DNA from: Adineta vaga
Taxonomy: Eukaryota > Animalia > Rotifera
Length of the DNA: 64,000 bases
Assembly (NCBI GenBank): GCA_021613535.1
Contig: CP075492.1
Span: 2,542,001 to 2,606,000 of the forward strand
Direction of reading: 5' to 3'
Shown here: positions 1 to 12,437 of the stretch, piece by piece
How positions within the stretch are numbered: the first letter of the stretch is position 1
Layout: each line of letters begins with the position of its first letter
Translations under genes and position numbers: made by a program
The notes under the pieces: generated by a model
What the model was told of the DNA's origin: nothing
What the model saw: only the letters and a program-made list of their open reading frames with translations
The model's database searches: none

Positions 1-623
1 GTATACAATATGTATTAGAAGAGAAAGAGGTCAACCGATCAGACTAAGGCCACAAACACGCTAAAACAATTCAAATCGAGTTAACCAATAGAATTCGTAG
101 AAACGTTAATAATAAAGAATATGTAATTGAAATGTCTGATAATGGTATTCCATTTTCATTTGTAGAAAATAAGGAATTAAATCAATGGCCTATTAATTTA
201 AATGTTGTGTTAGATAATACAAAAGTTCGATTACAAAGATTCATTGATGAAGTATTAACTAAGAAATTACATGGTGGTTCTCTCGATGAATCACTTTTCC
301 GTTTAAAAAAAGTGTTAATGACCAAATAACACATGATCAAATAAATATACGTTTTTCTGGTGAACGACTCATTCAACTTCATAATATACTTAATAATAAT
401 AAATTTACTATTCATGATGTCATGACTGCGCATATAATTGTTACATAGAATAATCAATAAGTTCTCGTAATAACCACTTAAAATTTTATCTTGATTAGTT
501 TTATCTTGCATGTTGTTCTTTTCTAGTAGCAACATATATTGTGTATTGAAATGCCAAGACAATGTTTCGAAAGCCTTCAAGTAGGACAAGCCGTAATGAA
601 ATATTTTCATACCTCTATTTTAG

Positions 624-960
624 CATGGATAAATTGTAAATCAGTCCTATATAAAAACTCATTTGTTATTAACTTGAACTACTACAGAAATTCATGACGG
701 ATTAGCTACTGTTTGCGGATAAGATGTTGCTTCATATAGTATATTAACTCCTCGAATTCATAGATTTTCAAATGAGCAGGAGTCGTTGAAAGATCATCTT
801 GGAATTGACTATTCAATAAACACCATCATTGAACAAAATATTCATCCTGTTAACGACTTGGAGATAGATAATCTGCCTATCACTAATGGTATACTGTCAC
901 CATCGCAGACCTTGTAAGTAAATGTGTTACCAGCGTGAATGCTCAAAACGTTTCGTTAAT
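624..960 (+). mobile_element. Degenerate mariner/Tc1-type transposase N-terminal (HTH) remnant
   Basis: Broken translation MDKL..TTTEIHDGLATVCG*DVASYSILTPRIHRFSNEQESLKDH..INTIIEQNIHPVNDL resembles the mariner HTH pattern (IHDEL..VYG..A.SY.TV.RW..RF..GRE.LED..R.GRP). Contains stops and frameshifts; ends approximate. Confidence 0.5.
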
Positions 961-1412
961 AATTTACACAAGAAAATTTCATCCTCGAAAAACATAGTAC
1001 AAAATATGCATTTTTAAAATGCAGAAAAGTGTGTGCATGACATTATTTCTGATCTTGATTATCCTTACAAAGAAAATTCAAACTTTTCATTTATTTGTCA
1101 TAGAAGTTAATAACCACGCAACTCAATTCCATACGTGTTCAAGAATACCAAACGGCAATCTAGAAGTGGATTCAAACGATGAAACTTTCTATAGAACATC
1201 GTGGAGACTACTTCAAATATTTATGCTATAAAAAGACTAGCAAAATGTTTTTTCTATGAATAAATATTTAAAATTCCGAGAACTTATTGACTGCCCTATG
1301 TAAATGAAATAAATATATATTCTCGTAAATACACAACAACAACTATTAAAATTGAATTGAAAAAAAAAAGTGAAATATAAAAATACGTTCGATAGTAACG
1401 AGTGTTTTTCTT

Positions 1413-2574
1413 CTATTTTCGAGTTTTTAATTGAATTGATTGAGATTGAGATATTACAGTAGCAGCAAATTGTGTACCAACATTAACACGATGATTACGC
1501 ATAATATGTAAAACATTAAAAAATTCTTGACGAAATAATCGACTTGATAAACAATGAATATAAAAAGATACCTAAATATATATATAAAATATTATTTCCA
1601 TAAAAAAAAATCTTTTTTATTTAAATTAAACTTACAGCATAATTAATTGAAGCAATTAAAATAGCAATAGAATTAAATTGAAATAATTGTTGTACTGTAA
1701 GTTTTGATCTTAGAACATAAGTCATTAAAATATAAAACAGACTTAATGGAATTTGCGTGAAAAAAAATAAAATAATACTTGAAATCATTATTATAAATAT
1801 TTGTCTTTCAATAAAAATACGACGTTTACGTGTTGATTGTAATGTTTGTTGTTGACAGCGTAATTTTATATAAATATTTATACTTAATATTATGAGAATT
1901 GTTGTTGGAATTATTATTTGAAGAATTGTTATTAATATTGGCCAAATCTTTTTCAAAACAAAAAAAAACATTTTATTTTAAAAAAACAGAAAGAAAATTA
2001 CCGTTGAATAAAAATATTGATATATTGAATTTGCTGATCGACTAACGGAACATGCAATTAACCCTTGAACAACTTCAGTTGATGGTAATAACAAATGAAA
2101 ATTAAGAAATATTGAAAAAATTATAATTATAAATGTTCCAATATGAACTCGTTTTTTTGTACAAAGTTGTTTTACACGAAATGGATAATAAATACGAATC
2201 CATCGATCAATTGTTATTGTTAATAATAACCATATTGAAGAACACATTGAAAAATATTGAAAAAATGAATAAATACGACATAATTGATTCATTAAATTTG
2301 TATTTGTTATTGAAATATTAAAACCAAGAAATAGAAAATGATAAAAACATGTTAATAAATAAATTATATTTGATATTGTCATATTTATAAATAATTGACT
2401 TGTAGATTCTTTACGTAAACTATCACGACGAAATATTATTAAACTTATTATATGACCGAAAAAACCAAATGAAAATATGATTAAATATCCATACAAATAT
2501 ATATTTCTTTCAAAAGAAATTGTAGAAGATGAACCTGGTCTATTACTGTTATTTGAGAATGTTGATGAATTCAT
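1413..2574 (-). CDS. Orphan rhodopsin-family (peptide-receptor-like) GPCR, 3 exons (2574-2002, 1947-1636, 1571-1413)
   Basis: Hydrophobic TM segments, TIDRW (DRY-like), TM7 SINYAVSFYIHCLSSRLFRQEF after splicing; GT-AG introns keep frame. Confidence 0.85.
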
Positions 2575-2957
2575 TCAATTGTTTTCACTTGTAGCGAATT
2601 TATACGTTGTAACTATATGATTCTTATCTGAATATAATAAAAAAGTGTTTCTTATCAATATATTTATTTATATTAGGATTAGTATTCAACTTTTAATTTA
2701 CTTTAGGATAAAGGAAAACCGTGACGTCTCAATAGAAAATCTATTTATAAAAATAAATGATGTTAATTTTCACTTACGAGGAATTAAAAGTTGAAGTTCT
2801 TGTAAAACACTTCTAATTATTTTTCAAAATATTTAATTATTGAAAAAATTCTTATTATTTATCTGATCAGACCGGAAGAGGAATAAACCGTTTTTTTTTC
2901 TAAAAATTATTTCAAACATATACTTAGATCGATTCAATTTTAATACTGATTTCAAAA

Positions 2958-3575
2958 TAAACCCCCTCCCAGAATAAAAGCCCACCATCAATGTTATAAT
3001 TTTCGAGATATAATAGAAGCCCTTCTAATCCGAAATGCGCGCATAATCAGACATAAGAGAACAAATTATTTTGTTGGTAGTAGGGGTGGTACTTGAACGT
3101 TAACCTTAAAGGAAAAACTCAATTTTAAAATTGTTTAAAACCACTAAATAAAGAATTTTATTGTGACTTTCAACACCTTTAAAGTTAAAGTTAAAGTGCC
3201 ACCCCTTTTTGGTAGAATGAAATTTTTTTCAATATATTCACTTGATATCTGCTTCAGTTTGTTTCCTTTTTTCCTACACACATTTTCAGACAATCTATTT
3301 CTTTTCGTGTTGTTTATGTTTCCGGCTACTTTGTCATAAAAAACAATGATAAATATATATTCTAATGTTTTCTTTATGTAATAATAATAAAAAGTTGTGG
3401 ATGAAGAAAGAAAAAGATACAAATGATGATATTATAATTACGACTACTTTTAAATTTATACAGATCGTCGTAGAAAAGCGAAAAAAATGGTACCTTAATA
3501 TAAGCCCACCTTTAAACTTATAATTTTCTGAATATATCAGAAGCCCAGTGGGCTTCTATTCTGGGAAGGGGTTTA
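2958..3575. mobile_element. Non-autonomous TIR element (MITE-like, Tc1/pogo-type)
   Basis: 28-bp terminal inverted repeats TAAACCCCCTCCCAGAATAAAAGCCCAC vs reverse complement TAAACCCCTTCCCAGAATAGAAGCCCAC (26/28). TA at both ends; internal repeat AAGCCCACC...AGAAGCCC near both ends; no transposase ORF. Confidence 0.7.
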
Positions 3576-3875
3576 GTGAAAAATTCTATTTTGACAGCAT
3601 TATATTATTTCATTCGATCGTAGTAAGATTTTTTTCTAAAAGTACGTCGAAGGATCTTTTGACCTACCTTTTACCTTTTTCAAAAAAATGTTTTTATTAA
3701 GAAAAAGTAAATATCATTATGTTTCCATTAATTTTCTTTGACTTTCGTCATTTGGATTAAAAGCTTAAATATACTCTCATCTTATTTTTAATCTTTTGTA
3801 TAATAAAAAGAAAAAAGTACAAGTAATATAATAAACCTCGATGTGTAAACAAAAAAAACCATTGAAATAGAATGA

Positions 3876-4435
3876 TTATTTTCCTTGTGTCGATCGATAG
3901 ATAAATAAATATTTATTAGAAATATAATTTTCATTAATAATACTTTGATGACGATTTCGTATTGAACGACGATATTCAATTTGCATTGAAACTCTTTTTC
4001 CATGATATTTTAATGTAGTATCATTAGCTGTCCAACCTTGCCAAATAGTTCCTTGATCAGCTGTATCACCATTTAAAACTAAAGTATGTTCTAATAAAGT
4101 TGAGTAATTTTCCATACTTGCACCAGATAATAAACGACTTTGTGATCTCAAAACACATCGATTACCAATAATTAATGGATTTAAAGTAAAATTTCCTTTT
4201 GAATTTAAATGACAAATAATAGATGCATCGTCAATACAAGAATCATCACCTATTGTGACTAAATCTGGTGCATTCATCAATGGATCACCACCAGTTGGAT
4301 ATAAACAAACATTACGACCAATATGAAATCCTAAACAACGATAATAAAAACAAAGATATGCTGATCCAGACAATAAGATGATTGATTCTAATTATATTCA
4401 CCTGATTGGCGTCGACCAAATAAAAACCATTTAAA
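3876..4435 (-). pseudogene. 3' fragment of Pls/PosA-type NRPS-like protein (C-terminal membrane/left-handed beta-helix domain)
   Basis: SGSAYLCFYYRCLGFHIGRNVCLYPTGGDPLM..PDLVTIGDDSCIDDASIICHLNSKGNFTLNPLIIG...WQGW. Upstream FKWFLFGRRQSGEYN*NQSSYC has a stop and is out of frame; 5' end cut at the palindrome at 4436. Confidence 0.7.
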
Positions 4436-4495
4436 GGGTGTGGGTGTGTCTGCGGAAAGAATTTGGTAGCGATACCCACATTCACCAACCCACTC
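4436..4495. repeat. GGGTGT palindromic element
   Basis: gggtgtgggtgtg-spacer-acccacattcaccaacccactc; a second degenerate copy lies at 4748-4797. Confidence 0.75.
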
Positions 4496-5167
4496 ATATT
4501 TTTTCGTCGAGATTAATTATAAGGATATACAGAGAATTTCCGTATTCATATGCAGAATAAGTGTAGTTGATAATCTCAAGTTATGTACTTTCTGTTGAAA
4601 ATTTGAATAATCAGGTAGATTAATTTCTTCGTAAGAATAATGTATTTTCTTTTATTTGATCAAATGCCATCTGTGTATGTTTCTCGTGTATGAAAATATT
4701 ATTAATTGAATGATTTTCAATACAAATCAGTCTATTTTCTTTGGATGGGAGCGTGCGGGTGTGGGTAAATTAAATAAGTGAGATCCACACACCCTCAGGC
4801 TGATTCGAACCCTGTCATATTTTAAAAGATTTTTTAGTGTTGTTCTGTCGAAATAAAACTTCATTGTAGTTTTGTAAAACACTAGATTCTCTATTCATCG
4901 TCAAAAAATTCCGACACAAACGGATTAATTTACTATTTTATTTATAAGTATATTTATCAGCTATCAGTCACAATGAATAATATGATGTATTTCTTTTCAG
5001 AAGATTAAGTCACCTTAGACTTTCTTTTATAATATTGTTCTTTATATTTCCTGATAATAACAGTTGTACGTGAATTTTAAATATTGATAAAGATTCAAAG
5101 AATAATAGAACGCAGAAAAAACATGATTAAAGGCCTTCGGTAACAAAATCATTATCACTTTATTATA

Positions 5168-7365
5168 ATGTCTGTAGCTTGGTTGATTTTTATACTTTTA
5201 TTCATCAGTCGTTCTTCAGGTAAATTTTTTAAATCTCTAGCAGGATTCCACTAGGAATGGGATGGGATGCAGTTTTGTTGTTCCACTTCATTCTATATCA
5301 TTCCATTATACAACGTAACATCTACTTCATACATATGTTTCATGAGATCGGATGAAATTTAAAAAAAGAATTCTGTTCCATGAGAAGAAAAAGATCTTCA
5401 AAATCTTTCTGTCCTTTCCTAGATGGAGTCCTGATCTCTATGTACATACACACAGATTAAACTCATTTTACTGATAGACGACTGCACACCCATTCAGAGG
5501 GTACGCTTTAAATGTCATGATCAGAACTTCTTAACCTCTTCTAAGTATAGCTATTGCAAAATCTTGTTTTTTGCTACACAATCATAAATTATGTCATTCA
5601 TATTTTTGTTGTTACATACTCATTAGCAATATCATACAATTAACCAAAACTTACATTGTGTGAAGCATGGGATGTAAATGCAATAACATTTGCTAATAAA
5701 AACTTAATTGGTCAACAGTCAACTGGTATTTTTATCGATACTAAAAATACCATTTATGTATCTGACCGTTACAATAGCCGTATTGTAGTATGGCAGCACG
5801 GATTGATGATGCCAACTAGAAATATATCTGGAAAAAACCTAATTAATTCATGGAGTCTTTTTGTCAACAAGGAAGGTGATATTTATGCGGATAATGGTGA
5901 ATTTAACATTCAAAAACATAAATCGATATGGAATGACACAGATAGTGAACATGTCATCAATAGCAAAGGTCCTTGCACGGGGCTCTTCATTGATATAAAC
6001 AATACCTTATATTATTCCCTAGTAAACAGTCATCGTGTTGATAAGATTAACCTTGATAATGATGAGATGCGATCAATGACGGCGGCTGGCACGAGCTGTC
6101 CTGGACCTTTATCCAATATGCTTGATCATCCGCATGGAATCTTTGACGATAAAAATTTTGACTTATACATGGCAGATACCTATAATAATCGTATTCAGCG
6201 CTTTACAACCTATCAATTTCATGGAATAACCGTGGCTGGCTTTGGAGCACAAGTAAATTTTATTCTTAATAGACCGACTAGTGTTGTACTCGATGCCGAT
6301 AGCTATTTATTCATCGTAGAAAATCAAAATCATCGAATCATTCGATCGATTTCGAACGGATTTGAGTGTTTGGTCGGATGTTCAGGTGAAAGTGGAACAT
6401 CATCAAGCCAATTATACAATCCACAAACGATGGCTTTTGACAATATCGGCAATATTTTTGTTACGGATATGAACAATCATAGAGTTCAGAAGTTTAATTT
6501 ACGTTATCGATCAAACGGTAAGTCTGTATGTTTTGAGTTAGAATATAATAAGGCATTCTATAAAAATATTTTCTTGCAAATTCATTAACATGATCATTCT
6601 AAAATGCTAATCATAATTTTTTATCTAATAAAAATTTATTGAATTATGAGGAGTTAAGTTTTCTTTGATTGAGAGAGTATATAAAAAATATAGTTTGCTT
6701 TAGAACACAATCCATTTTTTACTGTGGACAAGGACAATTTCTTCGAGACAGCTAATGCTAGAGATTGGATTATCGGAGGTGGTAATCGCGTGAGTATTAG
6801 CAGTCAAATTAAAATCAGCGATTACTTGTCCGGCGGCTCGTACTATAATTTAAGCATGGCTAACAGCAAAATAAGCATGGTCGCTTCTGGCTGTGATCCC
6901 CTTCTTGGTTCGCTGATGCCAAACATCGTATACAATGGTAACTACTCGTGGCGTATTGGAGATTCAAAAAGTTCAAAAATTGTGTCAGTTGTCATCCGAA
7001 AAATCAATAATTATACTTATTCAAACATTCACTTTGCATGGTTAGCGGTTCTGCAAATCGCCTTCCATTCTGAAGCCGATTCCGCTTTCATAATAATCGA
7101 ATTAAGAGATTTAGTTGTTGGTGATACTTTATTTACTCGACGATACTATAGCAAAGTAAATATAACCGAGACTTATATTTTCTTTAAGAAGTATGGTACT
7201 TATTTCTATATGTCTTCATGGCGAGTCGAGACAGTATCCATCGCTAAAAATCGGTATGGTCATAATTTTCAATTAAGCATTCTTACAACTAACTGTTCAG
7301 CTGGAGGGCACTTTGGGTATGCTTATCTTGCTGATTTAAATCCATCTATGTCGCTGCACGGGTAG
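5168..7365 (+). pseudogene. Secreted NHL-repeat beta-propeller protein with a bacterial-like C-terminal domain; 3 exons (5168-5219, 5627-6517, 6704-7365), in-frame TAA at 5641
   Basis: Signal-peptide exon. NHL repeats (LDHPHGIF..LYMADTYNNRIQRF; LNRPTSVVLD; LYNPQTMAFDNIGNIFVTDMNNHRVQKF). The spliced frame reads ISYN*PKL, a nonsense codon. Confidence 0.7.
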
Positions 7366-7654
7366 CAAGTGTTCCGAAATCATATTTTATTTTGCGCTAA
7401 CTTTATCTGATGAGCTTCTGTAATGTATGAATATGTATGTTACTTTCAATATTTTTTCCGTGAATAAAACAAGAAAGAAATATATTAACTTACTTTTAAT
7501 CAATTGTTGTCATAATCTTTTTTATATGGATTATCTTGAAAATAATAAAAATTTATATTTTATTGACATCTGATAAGAAGTAGTTAACGATTCTTTTTAG
7601 TATGTATGGAAGAATCATTTTTTAAAGCAATTATAATATCAAATGCTTTTTTTC

Positions 7655-7721
7655 GGGTGTGGGTGGGTGTGGGTGGGTGTAAGTGAAGAAGATTTGCCTA
7701 CACCCACACCCACACCCACCC
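7655..7721. repeat. GGGTGT palindromic element
   Basis: gggtgtgggtgggtgtgggtgggtgt-aagtgaagaagatttgcct-acacccacacccacacccaccc, between convergent genes. Confidence 0.85.
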
Positions 7722-7964
7722 TTTCATATCGAACATCGTAAGAAGATATAAATTTTTTCTTTGTTTTATAGCAGTTGAAATAAAAATGAGCAAAAATTAG
7801 TGAATCATGCTGTATGTTGCATCCGTGACAAAGCTTAACTAGGCTTCCCACATTATGATAAGTTCTCAAATAATTTTTTCTTTCTCTTTATGAAAAGAAA
7901 ACAGTACACAACAAACAGTAACAAGGAATCACAGGAGAAAACACGAATTGTTTCTTGTCGAAGA

Positions 7965-8975
7965 TCACGCTGTTTGATCTGCATTATTGGCTGTTGCTGC
8001 TATGATTGTCGAAACAGATTGCATCACTTGTCGGCACCCACTGTATGTCGAAAGTAATTTTCTGAAAAACTTATTTCTTAATGATTTTGACGAACTGAGA
8101 TAAATGTAGAAACTAATCGTAAAATTTAAATAAAAAAGAAAACTAGTCATTGTCGTAGAAAGATTTTCTTGTGCCGTTCTAAGAGAATCCTTTTGTATTT
8201 GGTTTGTTATTGAATTGTACAGACTGTTTATTGTATAAGGTATTGTTGATATGCTAATCGAACAAATTTGTAATAGTAACATTCGTGTTAGTTGATATTC
8301 CTGACGTTGATTTGTGGGTAAACGTTGCAGTTCAGGTCCGATGCGCCGTTGATGGATTTTGTGAACATTTCTCCATGTCAACCATCCAAATACAACAAAA
8401 ATTGCTAATGGTAATATATTGTAGAGAATTAAAATGATAAAATAATTTAGATAATATCCATAAGCTGTCGATCGATTAACACAAACAGTTTGATTTGCTG
8501 CAGCTGGATAAATGTTAACCATTATCACGATTGGCAAAGCGTGTAAGGACCAGAAAACAACTAGTGCGACACACAGTCGTCGTGCTGTTGACATTTTACT
8601 CATCTGTCGAAGACGAATTTCACGACAGCTGATTAAATATCGATCAATGGTCGCCAAGCTGACACATGTCAACGATGCTAATATGGAAATATGACCTAAA
8701 TATTGTCGTGCTTTACAGAGAAATAGATTTGTCTTTGTTAAATCATATTGTAAACCAATTAATATACGTAATGAAAGTGGAATGACAATTGCAACTAAAC
8801 TTGAAATTGATCCAGTAAGTAAATACAATTGACATGGACTAGATGGGAATAGTTTTCTCGATGAAAACATCACAATATTTAAACAATTTCCAATAAGACC
8901 AAAGATAAAGACTGGAATGCCAAAGTAAATTGTAAACTGTTGAGATATCAATGTTAGAGACGCAACGGACGACAT
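7965..8975 (-). CDS. Orphan rhodopsin-family GPCR, intronless
   Basis: 7 TM segments; GLIGNCLN, LATIDRY, FYIYLSSSKSLR. Confidence 0.9.
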   Translation of the reverse strand: MSSVASLTLISQQFTIYFGIPVFIFGLIGNCLNIVMFSSRKLFPSSPCQLYLLTGSISSLVAIVIPLSLRILIGLQYDLTKTNLFLCKARQYLGHISILASLTCVSLATIDRYLISCREIRLRQMSKMSTARRLCVALVVFWSLHALPIVIMVNIYPAAANQTVCVNRSTAYGYYLNYFIILILYNILPLAIFVVFGWLTWRNVHKIHQRRIGPELQRLPTNQRQEYQLTRMLLLQICSISISTIPYTINSLYNSITNQIQKDSLRTAQENLSTTMTSFLFYLNFTISFYIYLSSSKSLRNKFFRKLLSTYSGCRQVMQSVSTIIAATANNADQTA

Positions 8976-9104
8976 TCTTTTTCTTTATATTGAATTTTAA
9001 ATGAAGTTTCTCATATTTATATTTTACTATTTCTGTATAATAATCATTTTTTTATAAAGAAAACAAAAGAAAGACGATGCTATCACCACCGGTAATTAAA
9101 ACAG

Positions 9105-9183
9105 TTAATTAGATATTGCGTTTTACATCAGAAGCTAAATAGAGGTTCCTGTGAATTTGACGTCAAACGCAATATCTAATTAA
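9105..9183. repeat. Short inverted repeat/hairpin (MITE-like)
   Basis: Perfect 19-bp arms TTAATTAGATATTGCGTTT ... AAACGCAATATCTAATTAA, 130 bp upstream of a GPCR start. Confidence 0.7.
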
Positions 9184-9524
9184 TTTTTTAGGCCAATCCA
9201 GAATTAATGGCGGATGTATCTTTTTTATGGAGAGATCGAGTGACATTTGCTTTATTTTTCTCATAAGCTGCCTAATGCGAGTTCGAATATAAATGAAGAT
9301 TCAGCTGTTTTTTTATAACTTCGAAAATAATAGTTATGAAAACGAAAACGAAAACTTAAAGATAACGTAGGACTAGATGTAGTTTTTATTTGACGCATTT
9401 CTATATTCTCTTGCGAAAATAGAAATTGTTAGAAATAGATTTATTTTCGTCTTCCTTAATTATAACTGACATATACAGACATCTCTATGTACGATAATTG
9501 AAAAAATTGACTAAATGGTTATAT

Positions 9525-11110
9525 TTATGTTGTAAGAGTAACCTTCAACATCATGATTTCATGACGAGTAATATTTGGTGATGCATAACTACCAGTAAAT
9601 GTTCCAAGATCTTTTTGATTGACTAGATCTCGAACAAGAGCTGATTTTTTAGCAGGAAAATTAATATCACTCCATTGAACAGTTATTGCTTCACTTTCTA
9701 TGTTACCTCGATTAAGTAAAAGTACTACTTGTGAACTATCAATAAGTAGTCCAGCCCATAATTCAAGTTCGGTCTCTGCTGTTAAACAATATTACCATTA
9801 TATTTATTTCGGATAGTTCCATCAGACAAATGAATTATCCTTGCTTGATCTGATTGTGTATTGCATCCATCTGCCACTAGATGTGGACCCTTATGATGAA
9901 ACAGCGCTAAACTAAATCATTTTATATTTTGATTTTTTTTCAAATAATTTGTTGGAAGATTTCAATCAAAACTTACCATAGAATATTCAGTCGAGAAACA
10001 AGATTCTCAACAAATTGTGACAAAATCCATTGTTGATTTCTACCTTGACATGGTGCTTGTGAATGATTTACACGACAATCACTCACTACAATATTCGCAC
10101 CTCCGCCAGTATTACAATTTTCAATTGATAAACATTGTCCATTAAATAACGATCGAATTGATCCATCTTCATGATTATAAACCCATTGACGACGTGTAGG
10201 ATCAACATTTACAGAACAATCGACATTAACTACATTTGTTGTTGTATTAGGTAATCGGGATGATGAAAAAGCAACTTTTCTTCCTTGAACACCCAATGGA
10301 TCTTGATTAACAGCAATCACTTCTGGATTAGAAAGGATTGATAGAGTAGTTGAACTCATATTACGAACATCGCAACCAATAAGAAGAGGTGCTTTGCCGA
10401 TAGACCACACCCTCAACTATTACCAACATCAGGTGCCCAAAGAGCTGGTTCATTTATACCCCATTCTATGACAAAAATAATATAATTTATCTAAATTAAC
10501 AAGAATACACAGTTCCTGTACATACCACAAAGTGAGTAGAAAATTGGTCTTCCAGTTGCATTTAATGCATCTCACATAGCAGGATATCTTTCGATAGGCA
10601 TAGTCCCATCACTATTGCAATTATCATATTTCAAATAATCTACATTCCATGATGCATAGGTATTAGCATCGTTTACTTTATAATGTAAAGAACCCGGTCT
10701 ATTATCACAAGTCGCGAATCCATCAGCATCTAAAGTATAAAATGCCAAATTAGATAAACTGTAGTTGAAGAAAATATGTTGATGATTACAAATAATTATT
10801 GTACCTGAACAGAGACCAAGTTTAAGTTTTCTTGAATGAACATAATCAACTAAGGCTGGAATACCACTGGAAAAACAATGTGGATCAGCTTGTATAATAC
10901 CTTGTGCATCTCAACTTATTTGCCAACAATCATCCAGATTCACTATCAATAAATCGAATAGTTAAAATTATCAAACGAAAAAAAAATATTTGAAAAGCAT
11001 AAAACATACCATATTCATAACCAACAGGAGCTAAACCTGTCGCTACAATGCTATCCGTTACTTGTCGAATAAGATTTTCGTTGATATTACATGGAAAATG
11101 ATTTTAATAA
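9525..11110 (-). pseudogene. GH27 alpha-galactosidase with ricin-B lectin insert, disrupted
   Basis: Motifs [67 protein letters not shown] ricin repeats. Several in-frame stops, an internal deletion and no recognisable start. Confidence 0.85.
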
Positions 11111-11544
11111 TAACTTCATATCTATAAAGTCACCCTCATCATTATCATTGATTAAAATGCAGAATATGAAAAGATTTTTTTTCTACGTTCCGTTGCTTAT
11201 ATAACAGAGCGGACTCTCTTAACACAGTCTTCACGCTGTTACCTTTAGCGATGCATTTATATATAAAAGATTAATTATAGTAAGTACCTATCTTCTTTTT
11301 GTTATACAGAAAATGAATGTGAGCGTAGATATCAGATAAGCAAAATAAAAGCGTTAACACATCAAGTGTACTTTTATCATTGTTTTATTTCGAAAGAAGT
11401 ATTAGGCTTTATCAGAATGCTATCTCATATTAAGAGAGACTTGTAAGAGTCGACCTCTCAACGGCATGCCTATAGCTTAAGCGTGTCGCTGTCTCTTTTC
11501 TTCAACACCCATCCACATTCTCAAGAATTGCAAAAAAATTAATA

Positions 11545-11960
11545 TTATTTGCTGTTCGTAGCCAATGCAAGTTTGGGCTTTGGTCGTTTCTTGTAATTCC
11601 CTATAATTTTTTTTGCATTGCTAATCGCCATCTCATTTTTCATAAAATATTCTTCAACAAATTTCATGTAATTATCACGTTTCATATCTATTTGACTTTC
11701 CAATTCTTCTGGTAAATCACACTTCGAGATTCGACATTCAGGATGATTTCCACCAAAACGACGTTGACATCATGACCAGAAAAGTTTTGGAAGCGGTGTC
11801 TTCACTGTTGCATGTTCCTCCTCTTCTTTGAGTAATTCAGCTTGTTGCATTCTCAATCCTGCTTCTTCAACAGTGACCACTGCTGTTTCTATCGATTTAT
11901 CACAATCAATAATAAAGCCATCATGATAATGACAATCACCAAATTTAGTGTCCTTCGGTA
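11545..11960 (-). pseudogene. C-terminal fragment paralogous to the AAA ATPase zinc-finger domain at 48584-49180
   Basis: PKDTKFGDCHYHDGFII...PLPKLFWS*CQRRFGGNHPECRISKCDLPEELESQ* aligns with SKTNYGNCQYHDGYIY...QLPKLIWACCLGIYGNDTPCRSGICGLPEELLG. Confidence 0.8.
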
Positions 11961-12004
11961 GGGTGTGTGTGAGGGTGTGTGTGAGGGTGTGTGTGAGGGT
12001 GTGT
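11961..12004 (+). repeat. Telomere-like tandem (GGGTGTGTGTGA)x~3.7
   Basis: gggtgtgtgtgagggtgtgtgtgagggtgtgtgtgagggtgtgt read directly. Confidence 0.85.
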
Positions 12005-12391
12005 ATTCAAATTTGCAAAAATCCTTCATAGTCTCAAGAACAACCGACTTCAAAAACCCACAATTACATCAACTTTTTTTTCGTATATGTAACGTCTGTA
12101 AAGTCTTGCAAGGTTTATGTAAGATTGGAGAAAAGACATGATTTTTGTATTATACCATTATTTTTTACAGTGTTCTGTGCTATAACGAAAAGTTTTATAT
12201 CGATTTGACAAAGACATTTTATTTCAAAACAATCTTTGTGTAATACAAGAAATAAGATAAAATTAGAGTTTGAATAAATGTTTATGTGATTTCTAATTTG
12301 ATTAGATCGAAATAATCTTTAACACTTCCATCCACTTTTACATCCTTCACAATCTTTTTTACCTATTAAAATTATTTGTGAACAACTGCTC

Positions 12392-12434
12392 CTTGAGTGT
12401 GTGGGTGTCAGATACAACTATCACACCCACTCCA
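12392..12434. repeat. GGGTGT palindromic element
   Basis: cttgagtgtgtgggtgt-cagatacaactatc-acacccactcca, a few bp past a GPCR stop codon. Confidence 0.7.
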
Positions 12435-12437
12435 AAA

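Noticed and set aside
3-329. Coding-like stretch at the window start
   Set aside because: In-frame stop at 45-47, truncated by the window edge, and no recognisable family.
7639-7869. Short ORFs containing GVGVG/PTPTP/HPHPH/GCGCG (also 4312, 23492, 26769, 36900, 47353, 58668)
   Set aside because: These are translations of the GGGTGT palindromes, not genes.
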